Below are positions 20,622-30,110 of a DNA stretch of 64,000 nt, piece after piece. Where the stretch lies: positions 5,046-69,045 of the forward strand of contig VFKX01000007.1 of the NCBI GenBank assembly GCA_009885285.1, read 5' to 3'. Position numbers and translations under genes: made by a program. This stretch comes from Candidatus Falkowbacteria bacterium. Its GTDB lineage: Bacteria > Patescibacteriota > Patescibacteriia > Patescibacteriales > UBA12465. The notes under the pieces are model-generated. The model was given only the letters and a program-made list of their open reading frames with translations. It was not told the DNA's origin and made no database searches. The first letter of the stretch is position 1. Each line of letters opens with the position of its first letter.

Positions 20622-20724
20622 GTGCTTGTGGGCGTTAGCCCCTTTCAGCTACATTCCGCAAGGATTATAAGCCGCAGAGCAGGCACAATTAAAACACTCT
20701 TAGAAATAAGGGTGTTTTTATTTG
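20622..20724 (+). ncRNA. candidate small RNA of about 100 nt, possibly SRP (4.5S-like) RNA
   Basis: Bounded by the promoter and an intrinsic terminator (ACACUCUU-agaaau-AAGGGUGU, then UUUUUAUUU). The 5' GUGCUUGU can pair with GCAGGCAC at the 3' end. A central hairpin carries a GCAA (GNRA) tetraloop with flanking internal loops, as in SRP domain IV. Confidence 0.35.
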
Positions 20725-20861
20725 TCTTCAATCTCTTTTAATCCAAGCAGCCTCTTATTGTTATGCAGAGACCAAAAAGGCATGACACTCCAAAAATAAA
20801 AAATGCCGCTATTTTAGATAGCAGCATTTTAGCAATCCAGAGATGAAGAAAAGATAAAGTA

Positions 20862-21983
20862 TTATTTCTTTAACCACCTTAAATACGCTTCCATAAATGA
20901 TTCGAGCGCTCCGTCAAGCACCGCATCAACATTAGAAGTCTCGTAATTTGTCCTATGATCCTTGATATAACGATTGCCATAGAGGCAATAGGAGCGAATC
21001 TGCGAGCTCCAAGCCGCCTTCTGCACTTCACCCTTCAACTTCCTTTCTTCCGCCTCTCTCTCCTCTAAAACGCGCTGATATAACTTAGTCCGTAAAATCT
21101 TAAAGGCATTCTCCTTGTTCTGATGCTGTGATCTTTCACTCTGGCAAGAAACGGTAATACCGGTCGGAATATGGACGATTCGGACAGCCGAGTCAGTCGT
21201 ATTCACGCTTTGGCCGCCAGGACCGCTCGACCTAAAAACATCGATGCGAATATCCTCATCCCGAATAACTATTAGTCCATCATCCTTAATCTCAGGAATA
21301 ACCTCAACTAAGGCATAGGAGGTTTGACGGAGGCCGTCGGCATTAAATGGAGAATTCCGTAGTAAGCGATGTGGACCGTTCTCCCCTTTTAAATAGCCAT
21401 AGGCCCAAGCTCCGGAGATGCGCAGCACCACGCTCTTAATCCCAGCCTCATTGCCATAGCTCCTGTCCATAACCTCAACTTTCCAAGTCTGGCGCTCACT
21501 GAAGCGCAAATACATTCGCTCGAGCATCTGGGCCCAATCCTGGGCGTCTATGCCGCCCGTACCGGCATGAATAGCTAATAAGGCGTTGTCATGGTCATAT
21601 TTCTCGGAGAAGAGCGAAATGAACTCCAGATGGCTAAATTTTTCCTTGAGCTCCAGATATTTTTTCTCCAAGTCGTCAGCTAAACTGCCATCCTGAATAT
21701 GAACATCCCCAGAACTATCATTTTCTTTATCAGCTAAAGCCAAAATCTCCTCAGTTTCCCGGATATCTTGTTCCATGGCCAACCATTCTTTGGTTTCTAA
21801 GGCGAGTTCCTCCACTTCGCGTCCGACACTAATGGCATAATCACGGTCATTCCAGAAATCAGGGGCAGACATCTGTAAGCGCAGTTCCCTTTCCCGAACA
21901 GCTTTCCGGTCAATACCGAGCAGCTCTTTGGTTTTTATAAAGTGTTCCCGTAGTTCTTCAAGTTTTTTTAATAGGTTTTCCAT
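20862..21983 (-). CDS. prfB: peptide chain release factor 2
   Basis: 373 aa with SPF tripeptide and GGQ motifs. The ORF is continuous, with no programmed +1 frameshift site. Confidence 0.9.
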   Translation of the reverse strand: MENLLKKLEELREHFIKTKELLGIDRKAVRERELRLQMSAPDFWNDRDYAISVGREVEELALETKEWLAMEQDIRETEEILALADKENDSSGDVHIQDGSLADDLEKKYLELKEKFSHLEFISLFSEKYDHDNALLAIHAGTGGIDAQDWAQMLERMYLRFSERQTWKVEVMDRSYGNEAGIKSVVLRISGAWAYGYLKGENGPHRLLRNSPFNADGLRQTSYALVEVIPEIKDDGLIVIRDEDIRIDVFRSSGPGGQSVNTTDSAVRIVHIPTGITVSCQSERSQHQNKENAFKILRTKLYQRVLEEREAEERKLKGEVQKAAWSSQIRSYCLYGNRYIKDHRTNYETSNVDAVLDGALESFMEAYLRWLKK

Positions 21984-22066
21984 ATGCCTATATTATAACA
22001 GAGATAAACAAAAACCCAAGCTTTCAGTCGGGTTTTTGAAACTAAACGCTCCTAAGATAATAATTA

Positions 22067-22801
22067 TTACTGGGCTGTCCAACCGCCGTCTACGTACATG
22101 ATTGATCCAGTCACATAAGATGATTCATCGGAAGCCAAGTACACAGCGGCATAGGCAATGTCATTCGGCTCTCCCATGCGGCCAAGAGGTGTAGAAGCCT
22201 CAAGACCCGCCTTGGCTCGAGGATCGTCAGTAATACCCTTAGTCATATTTGTAACAATAAATCCAGGCGCAATAGCATTAACTCTAATTCCGTTTGGAGC
22301 TAATTCTAAAGCAGTTGCCCGCGTTAATTGGTTAATACCGCCCTTCGTAACACAGTAGATGCCCACTCCCCGAAACCCGACTGTACCCAGAATTGATGAA
22401 ATGTTGATAATTGACCCAGCTATTTTTTTCTCTCTCATATAAAGACCGGCTGCGCGAACTCCATAGAAGTAACCATTTAAGTTTACACCCATAACATTAT
22501 CCCAAACTTCATCAGATGTTCCAATAATTTCCTCTAAGGCCGCGGTGCCGGCATCATTAACTAAGATATCCAAATGTCCAAACTTTTCCACTGCCGTATC
22601 TATAAGATTTTTTATCGCTTCGCTATCGGAGGCATTGCCAGTAACGCAAAATGCATTCTCACCAAGTCTATCAGCATCCGGATGAGGATTCATATCAAAC
22701 ATAACGACCTTAGCTCCTTCAGCTAAAAACATGTCGCCAATCGCCCGTCCGATACCGGACGAAGCTCCAGTGACAATCGCAACTTTATTTTGTAATCTCA
22801 T
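22067..22801 (-). CDS. SDR-family NAD(P)-dependent oxidoreductase (FabG-like)
   Basis: TGASSGIGRA glycine-rich loop, NAG motif, catalytic YxxxK context. Confidence 0.85.
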   Translation of the reverse strand: MRLQNKVAIVTGASSGIGRAIGDMFLAEGAKVVMFDMNPHPDADRLGENAFCVTGNASDSEAIKNLIDTAVEKFGHLDILVNDAGTAALEEIIGTSDEVWDNVMGVNLNGYFYGVRAAGLYMREKKIAGSIINISSILGTVGFRGVGIYCVTKGGINQLTRATALELAPNGIRVNAIAPGFIVTNMTKGITDDPRAKAGLEASTPLGRMGEPNDIAYAAVYLASDESSYVTGSIMYVDGGWTAQ

Positions 22802-22821
22802 AAGAATTAATTATATTTTAA

Positions 22822-24111
22822 TTATTTATTACTTTTAGAATTTTGGATTACGCCTTCCAATTGCTTAACCCTTTCTTTAAGACTTGCCATTTTCAATTCT
22901 CGATCAATCATCAAACTATTCATAGTAACCAACTCTTTATTACGTTCATTTATTTTCTGCTCCGCTTTCTTGCGTTCTGTAATATCAATAATAGTTCCCT
23001 GTATATGCGTAGGCCGGATATCGGATCCACGAACTAACTCCGAGACATTCTCCACCCAATGAATGCCTCCATCTTTAGCGACTAAGCGATATTCCTGCCT
23101 TAGGAAATGGTCGACTAACTGTCTAACAAATTCTTGCTGCCCAGCCAACACGCGCTCACGATCTTCTGGATAAATAATATCAAAAAATTTCATGCCACCA
23201 GCTAAAAAATCTTCTGCGACGTAACCCCAGCGCTTAATATTTTTGGAAATATATTCTAAAGGCCAGTCTGCAATAAAACGCAAGCGATACAAAACAATAG
23301 AGCTGTTCTCTATAACAATATTGGATAATGACAGCTCTTCTTCCATTATCTTTCTGTCAGTAATATCAACCAAAGTTCCTTGATAATGGGTAGCTGTGCC
23401 AGAATAATCACGAATAATTTCCACCAAATCTTCCACCCAACGGATTTTCTTATCCTTTGTCAGTATGCAGTACTCATGACGAAAATTCCGTAAAAAAATA
23501 TTTTTGGCAAAAAAATCTTCCGTCTCCCTAAAACTCCTTTCTAAGTCGTCAGGGGAAATAATGTTTGCCATTTTTATAGCCCCGGAAATAAACTCATCGT
23601 CCGAATAACCATATTGGGAGATATTCTTGGAAATAAATTCCAAGGGCCAACCACGGCTTGATCGAACGCGATAAATAACAGCGGAACTATTTTCGATAAT
23701 CATCTGTGCCTGTGACAACTCCTCTCTCATTAATTTACGATCAAGAGCATCGTCACCAAGAAGCAGTATGCCAACAACCTCTCCAGACTGATCCTTTAAA
23801 GCAAATCTTCTCCAGATGATTTCTTTATTTTCTTTTAATTTCGTAGTAACAAGGCTATTATCCTCCCCTCCTAACAATACATCTCCAGCCATCATCTGCT
23901 TAAATTCATTTCTTGACTCCTTGGCGCTATCTCTAGGCAAACACTTCTTGAACCAATTCTCTCCGATAAGCTCATTTTCACTATAGCCAAGCAACTTACA
24001 GCCAGGTTGATTAATTAAGAAAATATTGCCACGGTCGTCTAAAGCCACCGCAAAAGATGTTATGACATTAGAGAGACATTCATACACCTGTTCTTTTGAT
24101 AACATGAACAT
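22822..24111 (-). CDS. PAS-domain protein (two or three PAS repeats and a C-terminal coiled coil), no output domain
   Basis: Repeated PAS S-box-like segments (...WPLEYISKNI...). 429 aa. Confidence 0.65.
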   Translation of the reverse strand: MFMLSKEQVYECLSNVITSFAVALDDRGNIFLINQPGCKLLGYSENELIGENWFKKCLPRDSAKESRNEFKQMMAGDVLLGGEDNSLVTTKLKENKEIIWRRFALKDQSGEVVGILLLGDDALDRKLMREELSQAQMIIENSSAVIYRVRSSRGWPLEFISKNISQYGYSDDEFISGAIKMANIISPDDLERSFRETEDFFAKNIFLRNFRHEYCILTKDKKIRWVEDLVEIIRDYSGTATHYQGTLVDITDRKIMEEELSLSNIVIENSSIVLYRLRFIADWPLEYISKNIKRWGYVAEDFLAGGMKFFDIIYPEDRERVLAGQQEFVRQLVDHFLRQEYRLVAKDGGIHWVENVSELVRGSDIRPTHIQGTIIDITERKKAEQKINERNKELVTMNSLMIDRELKMASLKERVKQLEGVIQNSKSNK

Positions 24112-24226
24112 ATTAAATTAAAAAATTATCAGCAACCTTTATCTTTATTAGATAGATAACCATACTAATATTATACTGTTATTATTTAATAAATAAAAGC
24201 GCCTGTTTTGACAAGCGCTGTAATAT

Positions 24227-25129
24227 TTATCTAACAAGGCGATTAACTATTCCTCTTTGTTTCCTCTGAGCGATTATCACGTAACAGATGGTGTTCTGCC
24301 ACCTCACCTCTTGGTAAGATATCCTTACAAATCCACCGTCCGGAAAGCTACTGCCCCAGGAATTAATGGCAGTAAAGGCGCCATAACCATCATCGGTCTT
24401 TAAGCTATCATCATAGCCGGTCAAACAAATGGCATGTGTTTCATCAAGCTTCATATGCTCAAGCCTAACTTTGGTCATTACTTGTCCGTCACCGAACTCC
24501 TCGTGATTATCAGCCGACAACATTACCCTGAGAATAACTGGCATACCCGCAGCTAATAATTGACGAGCTTTGTTAATGCCATCCCATGAAGCAGTCTCTT
24601 CTGCTTGTTCATAGGACAATAATATCCCCCTATACCTAAAACTTTCATTGACTCGGAAATAGGCGAAATCATAGATTCGGTTATGCTGCGCCGACTTCAT
24701 TAACTCTACGGGGGCGGCTTGATAGATATTGGAGTCAACGTAAGGATATTCACTATCCAGACATACTCCCTGAGTTTTCATAACTTCCAAAGCTACTGAA
24801 ACTGAAGTGCCGGCAGTATCCATAAAACTAGTGATAAAGGCCTCGCTATAATCAGCACCATTTACAGCCCCGAGTGCGTAGCAGGCAGCAAAAGCGGCGC
24901 AAGACCCATAATCACCCTGGTTCTGAACCAAAGGAAACATGGCTCGTAGATCAACAGATACAGGCAGACCGGTCCTGATTAAGCCTTGGTGACGCTCTAG
25001 GCGACGCTGCATTCTCGTTATATCAATCATACAGGCTAAGGCTAGTATAATTATTATTGACGCCAAGGTTATGGCGATTCGATTATCTTTCATATATTCC
25101 GATTTTAAAGTACGACATTGGGCAATCAT
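24227..25129 (-). CDS. papain-family (C1) cysteine peptidase, N-terminal membrane anchor
   Basis: QGDYGSCAAFAA (catalytic Cys context), THAICLTGYDD (His), AINSWGSSFPDGGF (Asn-Ser-Trp-Gly). N-terminal TM helix. Confidence 0.75.
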   Translation of the reverse strand: MIAQCRTLKSEYMKDNRIAITLASIIIILALACMIDITRMQRRLERHQGLIRTGLPVSVDLRAMFPLVQNQGDYGSCAAFAACYALGAVNGADYSEAFITSFMDTAGTSVSVALEVMKTQGVCLDSEYPYVDSNIYQAAPVELMKSAQHNRIYDFAYFRVNESFRYRGILLSYEQAEETASWDGINKARQLLAAGMPVILRVMLSADNHEEFGDGQVMTKVRLEHMKLDETHAICLTGYDDSLKTDDGYGAFTAINSWGSSFPDGGFVRISYQEVRWQNTICYVIIAQRKQRGIVNRLVR

Positions 25130-25231
25130 GCCTCACTAGGCAATAAATAACTCTAGTATAAACAGGCAAAAATGTAAATAAAAAATCCCTCAATCTTTTC
25201 AGACGAGGGATAATAATGATTATATAGCAAT

Positions 25232-25348
25232 TTATGCAAATAACCAAAATGCAATACTGCCGATAGCTAAACCAGCGATAACCAAGGCTATTAGCTGAGT
25301 GCCAGTGATTTCTTGACCGACATGTGGCCCAAACAATTTCTTTTTCAT
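25232..25348 (-). CDS. small hydrophobic peptide (38 aa), not in the ORF track
   Basis: Hand-translated minus strand: MKKKLFGPHVGQEITGTQLIALVIAGLAIGSIAFWLFA. One predicted TM helix. Confidence 0.3.
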   Translation of the reverse strand: MKKKLFGPHVGQEITGTQLIALVIAGLAIGSIAFWLFA

Positions 25349-25381
25349 TTTTCTGTTTTCAAGGGTGAATACTCTAACTGC

Positions 25382-25489
25382 TTAACTATTAACCACTAAA
25401 TATATGGTTATACCTAATAAGGCAATAAATACTATTACTTTGACAAGCATTAAGCCGTCAACGAAGGTTCTAATCCTGAATTTGCTCAT
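25382..25489 (-). CDS. small hydrophobic peptide (34 aa), not in the ORF track
   Basis: Hand-translated minus strand: MSKFRIRTFVDGLMLVKVIVFIALLGITIYLVVNS. One TM helix. Confidence 0.3.
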   Translation of the reverse strand: MSKFRIRTFVDGLMLVKVIVFIALLGITIYLVVNS

Positions 25490-25662
25490 TTTCTTTATTG
25501 TGTTTCGTTAATATTGAAATAATATTATAATATATGTTGTTAAGGGACGATCTCTACTGATGAATACATCATAGCACATTTTGATATAATTGTCAATCTG
25601 GAAATAAAAAAGGGGCACAATTATGCCCCTACGACCCACCAAGATATTTAACTTACTTAGCG

Positions 25663-26031
25663 CTAATTTTTAGGAAACAACATCTGAGCGCGCACACCTT
25701 GCTTGCCCCAAAACACGGTAAATTTTTTATACACTCGTACTCCGTCCGAGCTGGAATAAAAATCGCCGATATTAAAGCCTAATTCTTCAAGCCTATCATG
25801 ATCGCCCGTCAAGAATGACTGATCACGCGAAACATTATCCAATATTAGTTTTCTAAGTTTGCGAAGCAGTAGAAACATTTGAGCGGCTTTCAAGCAAATA
25901 ATTGCCATGGTAATACAGGCAGAAGTATAGGCATGAAACCAGAGAGCCACAACCAACAACCCTAAAAACATAGCTGCAAAAATATAATCCTCGATGCGAA
26001 TTATTAACCGGACACTTTTCTTTTCTTTCAT
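25663..26031 (-). CDS. hypothetical membrane protein (122 aa)
   Basis: ORF with two hydrophobic helices. Confidence 0.45.
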   Translation of the reverse strand: MKEKKSVRLIIRIEDYIFAAMFLGLLVVALWFHAYTSACITMAIICLKAAQMFLLLRKLRKLILDNVSRDQSFLTGDHDRLEELGFNIGDFYSSSDGVRVYKKFTVFWGKQGVRAQMLFPKN

Positions 26032-26103
26032 TAGTTATTAGATTTGTTAAACAACAACGCGATTAAAACTAGGTTGAGCATACCGCAATCATAGCAAGAT
26101 GTC

Positions 26104-26133
26104 AAAAAAACGCCCGTATAAACGGACGTTTTT
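26104..26133. terminator. hairpin flanked by A- and U-runs downstream of rpsI
   Basis: AAAAAAACGCCCGUAUAAACGGACGUUUUU. The stem is imperfect. Confidence 0.4.
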
Positions 26134-26160
26134 GTATAGAAATAGATATTTCGCGATTGA

Positions 26161-26667
26161 TTAACGCTTGCTCCATTGTGGAGCTTTTCTGGCTTTGCGT
26201 AAACCCGGTTTCTTTCTTTCAACCTGTCTTGGGTCGCGAGTCAGGAAGTCGTTAGCCTTAAGAGCATCTTTAGTCGCTGCATCAACCAATAAGAGAGCAC
26301 GAGCGATACCTAAACGAACGGCACCGATCTGGCCCTGCTTGCCTCCGCCCTGAGCGATGACAGAGAAATTATAGTCACGGCCATGGCCAGTAACTTTCAA
26401 AGGTTGGGAAATAAGCGCAGCGCCTTCGCCTGGGAAGTACTGGCTGGCGCGTAAACCATTAATCATGATTACACCCTTGCCATCTTCATATAAACGGACC
26501 TTAGCAACCGCAGTCTTGCGGCGGCCGACAGCCTTGATATATTTGCCTTTGAATTCAGCAACTTCATTCTTCGCCCATTCCTTCTCTTCTTCGATAGGCG
26601 TTTCAGTCACTAAAATTTCTTCAATTTCAGTCTGGATTTTGGCTGGTTTAAATTTCTTGTCGGCCAT
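26161..26667 (-). CDS. rpsI: 30S ribosomal protein S9, with an N-terminal extension
   Basis: S9 core (GRRKTAVAKVRL ... RKKPGLRKARKAPQWSKR). Confidence 0.9.
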   Translation of the reverse strand: MADKKFKPAKIQTEIEEILVTETPIEEEKEWAKNEVAEFKGKYIKAVGRRKTAVAKVRLYEDGKGVIMINGLRASQYFPGEGAALISQPLKVTGHGRDYNFSVIAQGGGKQGQIGAVRLGIARALLLVDAATKDALKANDFLTRDPRQVERKKPGLRKARKAPQWSKR

Positions 26668-26668
26668 A

Positions 26669-27025
26669 TTATTTGATAATTAATCTTTTGAGCTGATCAG
26701 TACGAAGCTTAGTCGGAGGCAACATGTCGCGCACGGCCTTAACCAAAACTTCTCCCGGATTCTTAATAAAAACTTCGCCCATCTTCTTGGATCTCAAACC
26801 GCCGAGATAGCCAGTATAATGATGGTATTCTTTCTGACCAAGCTTTTTGCCAGTAAACTTGGCTTTAGCGATGTTGGAAACTTCCACGATATCGCCCAAG
26901 TCCAAATATGGCTGGAATTCCGGCTTAGTCTTGCCGCGTAAGATATTGGCGATAGCAGTGGCCATGCGGCCAATTGCCTGTCCAGTGGCATCAATCTTTT
27001 GTAATTTTCTTTCAATATTTTTCAT
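26669..27025 (-). CDS. rplM: 50S ribosomal protein L13
   Basis: 118 aa, L13 family, paired with rpsI. Confidence 0.9.
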   Translation of the reverse strand: MKNIERKLQKIDATGQAIGRMATAIANILRGKTKPEFQPYLDLGDIVEVSNIAKAKFTGKKLGQKEYHHYTGYLGGLRSKKMGEVFIKNPGEVLVKAVRDMLPPTKLRTDQLKRLIIK

Positions 27026-27029
27026 ATGA

Positions 27030-27380
27030 TTATACTAATTCAATCTGAACCATTTCCGCGCCATCACCTTGGCGGGCTCCTAATTTAGTGGTGCGGGTAT
27101 AGCCTCCCGGACGGGTCTGATATCTGACGCCAATAACTTCAATCGCCTTCTTAACAGAAGTCTTCTGTAGCAAGACCTTGATTAAACCGCGACGAGCAGC
27201 TAAATCGCCAGCCTTAGCGGAGGTGATCAACTTCTCAACCAAAGGACGAAGAGCCTGAGCTTTAGCCTTAGTAGTCTTAATTTTCTCATAGAGAATCAGA
27301 CTGGAAGCCATGTTACGAAGCATTAATTCGCGAGGGCCTTTCTTTCGGTCGAGGGTTTTATTTTTATTTCTGTGGCGCAT
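27030..27380 (-). CDS. rplQ: 50S ribosomal protein L17
   Basis: 116 aa, L17 family, follows rpoA. Confidence 0.9.
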   Translation of the reverse strand: MRHRNKNKTLDRKKGPRELMLRNMASSLILYEKIKTTKAKAQALRPLVEKLITSAKAGDLAARRGLIKVLLQKTSVKKAIEVIGVRYQTRPGGYTRTTKLGARQGDGAEMVQIELV

Positions 27381-27405
27381 ATCAGTTAGGTTACGAAATT
27401 ACAAA

Positions 27406-28224
27406 TTATTTCTTAGCTTTTTTAGCTTTCTTTTCTGGCTTAGCCTCCTCTTCTTCTTCGGCAGCCGCTTCTTCGTGCTCTTCAATGGCTGCTTCCAGAT
27501 CTTCTGACGGAGTAATTACTTCTTCCGCTTTCTGACCGGATAATTCCAAGAAGGAAGTATACTGATCAACCAAGATTTTTACCGCTTCCTTGAAAGCAAC
27601 TTCCGCAGTGATGGTGCCATCAGTCTTGATGTCAAGCACCAGCTTGTCCCAGTTAGTCATTTTACCAACGCGGGTATTTTCTACGCTGATGCTAACGATA
27701 GTGACCGGAGAGAAAATGGAATCAATTTCAATATAGCCGATTTCCCGATTATCTTTCTTGGTGGCTTCAGCCATCTTGTAGCCGTGTCCTTCCTTAACAG
27801 TGATTTCAATATCGAGAGTGCCAGCTTCATCAGTAATATGAGCAATCACTAATTCCGGATTCATAATTTCTACATCGGAATTCTTAGTGATATCAGAGGC
27901 CTTGACAGCCTTCTTGCCCTTAACCTTGAGCTCTAACCGGACTTCTTCTTCAGTAAAGGTCTTTAAGCGTAATTGTTTCAAATTCAATAAAATTTCTAAG
28001 ACATCTTCCTTAACATGAGGCAATGCCATGAATTCATGGCTAGCACCCTTAATCTTAGCGCCAATGACGGCAGCTCCCGGAAGAGAGGATAAGAGGACGC
28101 GGCGCAAGGAATTACCGAGAGTCATACCGTAACCCGGAAACAATGGTTCCACAGTCACAATACCTTCGTGTACTTCCTTACCGGCTTTGAATTCGATTTT
28201 TTTTGGCAATGCGATATTTTGCAT
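27406..28224 (-). CDS. rpoA: DNA-directed RNA polymerase subunit alpha, short form
   Basis: The alpha N-terminal dimerisation domain is recognisable. The 272-aa protein ends in an acidic/Lys tail and has no apparent alpha C-terminal domain. Confidence 0.9.
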   Translation of the reverse strand: MQNIALPKKIEFKAGKEVHEGIVTVEPLFPGYGMTLGNSLRRVLLSSLPGAAVIGAKIKGASHEFMALPHVKEDVLEILLNLKQLRLKTFTEEEVRLELKVKGKKAVKASDITKNSDVEIMNPELVIAHITDEAGTLDIEITVKEGHGYKMAEATKKDNREIGYIEIDSIFSPVTIVSISVENTRVGKMTNWDKLVLDIKTDGTITAEVAFKEAVKILVDQYTSFLELSGQKAEEVITPSEDLEAAIEEHEEAAAEEEEEAKPEKKAKKAKK

Positions 28225-28285
28225 ATTTTTTGTTTATACTGTCCTTCGTCCGCCAGTTAGCAGAGATGGCTAGTATTATTTGAGA

Positions 28286-28915
28286 TTATTTTGAGTAATA
28301 CTCAATGATCACTTGGACGTTGATGTTCTGAGGCAGATCTGTATCCTTCGGTTCGTGGAGAATCTTAGCGCTCAAATCCTTATCATCGAAGTTCAACCAG
28401 CTCGGGCGGTCAGCTTTCTTCAAGCCTTCAGTCGCCTTCTTGAAATATGGCATCTTAGCGCTTGATTTTCTAACCTTAATCACCTGACCTAATTTAACAG
28501 CGCATGAAGGAATATCAGTTTTTCGGTCGTTAATAGTGAAATGACCATGATTAACTAATTGGCGAGCCGCAGCGCGGGAAGTCGCCCAGCCTAAGCGGTA
28601 CACAACATTATCCAAACGCATCTCTAAAGCGCGTAAGAAATTCTTACCGGCATCACCCTGTTTCTTGGAAGCTTTTTCCAAAGTCAGGCGGAATTGCTTT
28701 TCCAGTAAGCCGTAGAACTTCTTAGCCTTCTGCTTTTCAGCCAACTGAGAACCATAGTCGCTTAAGCGCTTATGTCCCTTAGGGCCATGGAAGCCAGGAG
28801 CGTAGTTACGCTTGGTAATGGCGCATTTCGGAGTGGTGCAGCGTTCTCCTTTTAAGAAAAGCTTTTCTCCTGATCTGCGGCACTGGCTGCATTTGCTGTC
28901 AATATTTCTTCCCAT
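28286..28915 (-). CDS. rpsD: 30S ribosomal protein S4
   Basis: 209 aa. Zinc-ribbon-like N-terminus (CSQCRR...CTTPKC) and S4 domain. Confidence 0.95.
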   Translation of the reverse strand: MGRNIDSKCSQCRRSGEKLFLKGERCTTPKCAITKRNYAPGFHGPKGHKRLSDYGSQLAEKQKAKKFYGLLEKQFRLTLEKASKKQGDAGKNFLRALEMRLDNVVYRLGWATSRAAARQLVNHGHFTINDRKTDIPSCAVKLGQVIKVRKSSAKMPYFKKATEGLKKADRPSWLNFDDKDLSAKILHEPKDTDLPQNINVQVIIEYYSK

Positions 28916-28960
28916 ATCATTTTATATCATTAATGACTTTATATCTTTATAATGCTTATC

Positions 28961-29524
28961 TTAGACGCGTCTTGGTTTCTTCGGACGGCAACCGTTATGA
29001 GGGACAGAGGTCATATCTTTAATAGAAGTGACGTTCAGACCGTTAGCGTTCAAAGCGCGGATAGCCGCTTCACGACCAGTCCCGACACCGGAAACGAAGA
29101 CGCTGACTTCTTCCAAACCGTATTCTTCACGAGCTTTCTGGGTAGCTATCTTAGTGATGATCTGAGCGGCGTAAGGGGTAGCTTTCTTCGCACCCTTGAA
29201 ACCAGCCAAACCGGCACTCGCCCAAGAAATGACGTCGCCGTTAGGGTCAGTCAAAGTGATCATGGTGTTGTTATAAGTCGCCTGGACATAAGCCCGGCCG
29301 ATCTTAACGATGCGAGCTGTCTTTTTCTTCTTTTTCTTGATTAATTTTTTCTTGGCACGCGCCGCCTTATTCTTTTCCAGTTTCTGTTTAATTTCTTCCG
29401 GTAATTCTTCTACGACTGAATCAAAAGAAAAATCGGAGCCTTCCTTTTCTTTAGGCTCGCCGGCTTCTTCTTTATTGGTCCCGCTGATTATCGGGGTTTC
29501 GTCTTTTTTTGATTCTTCGGACAT
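28961..29524 (-). CDS. rpsK: 30S ribosomal protein S11, with an acidic/Lys-rich N-terminal extension
   Basis: S11 core ([24 protein letters not shown]...). No internal Met lies ahead of the core. Confidence 0.9.
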   Translation of the reverse strand: MSEESKKDETPIISGTNKEEAGEPKEKEGSDFSFDSVVEELPEEIKQKLEKNKAARAKKKLIKKKKKKTARIVKIGRAYVQATYNNTMITLTDPNGDVISWASAGLAGFKGAKKATPYAAQIITKIATQKAREEYGLEEVSVFVSGVGTGREAAIRALNANGLNVTSIKDMTSVPHNGCRPKKPRRV

Positions 29525-29563
29525 AAGTCTTAATTCTTAATTCGTAATGCTTAAATTATTTGA

Positions 29564-29959
29564 TTAGGTCTTCTGTAAAGCAGACTTGCTCTTGCCGCTG
29601 CCCATAGTGACACGCTTATTGCCGCGAACGGTGCGGCTGTTAGTCTTGGTGCGCTGACCGCGAACCGGAAGATGCTTAGCGTGGCGTAAACCGCGGTAGC
29701 AGCCGATTTCCCGCAAGCGCTTAATGTTGCTGGCTACTTCACGGCGCAGATCGCCTTCAACCGTAAATTTCTTTTCAACGATTTCCCGAAGGGTGTTGAC
29801 GTCAGTTTCTTTCAAATCCTTAACTCTGATATCCTTATCAACTTTAGCGTCAACCAAAATCTTATTGGACCGAGTGCGGCCAATACCATGGATGTAGGTT
29901 AAAGCGATTTCAATTCTTTTGTCATTAGGGATGTTAACTCCCGCAATTCTTACTGCCAT
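29564..29959 (-). CDS. rpsM: 30S ribosomal protein S13
   Basis: 131 aa, starts [27 protein letters not shown]. Confidence 0.95.
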   Translation of the reverse strand: MAVRIAGVNIPNDKRIEIALTYIHGIGRTRSNKILVDAKVDKDIRVKDLKETDVNTLREIVEKKFTVEGDLRREVASNIKRLREIGCYRGLRHAKHLPVRGQRTKTNSRTVRGNKRVTMGSGKSKSALQKT

Positions 29960-29971
29960 AATATTAAAAAA

Positions 29972-30085
29972 TTAACCTTGTCTTTGTTTATGTTTAGGGT
30001 TCTTACAAATAACATGGACACGGCCTTTGCGGCGGACCACTTTACAATCTTTACAGATTTTTTTGGCACTGGCTCGTACTTTCAT
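29972..30085 (-). CDS. rpmJ: 50S ribosomal protein L36
   Basis: Hand-translated: [37 protein letters not shown] (37 aa, zinc-ribbon Cys/His). It is too short for the ORF track. Confidence 0.85.
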   Translation of the reverse strand: MKVRASAKKICKDCKVVRRKGRVHVICKNPKHKQRQG

Positions 30086-30110
30086 AAAAGGTTTATCTAA
30101 TTAACTTTAA

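Noticed and set aside
20862-21983. Looked for the programmed +1 frameshift site typical of prfB, and for signs of UGA reassignment
   Set aside because: The RF2 ORF is continuous over 373 aa with SPF and GGQ motifs. Presence of RF2 and normal gene ends argue for the standard code and no frameshift.
26031-26222. 63-aa ORF overlapping the 3' end of rpsI
   Set aside because: It overlaps the conserved S9 C-terminus (…RKKPGLRKARKAPQWSKR) in another frame.
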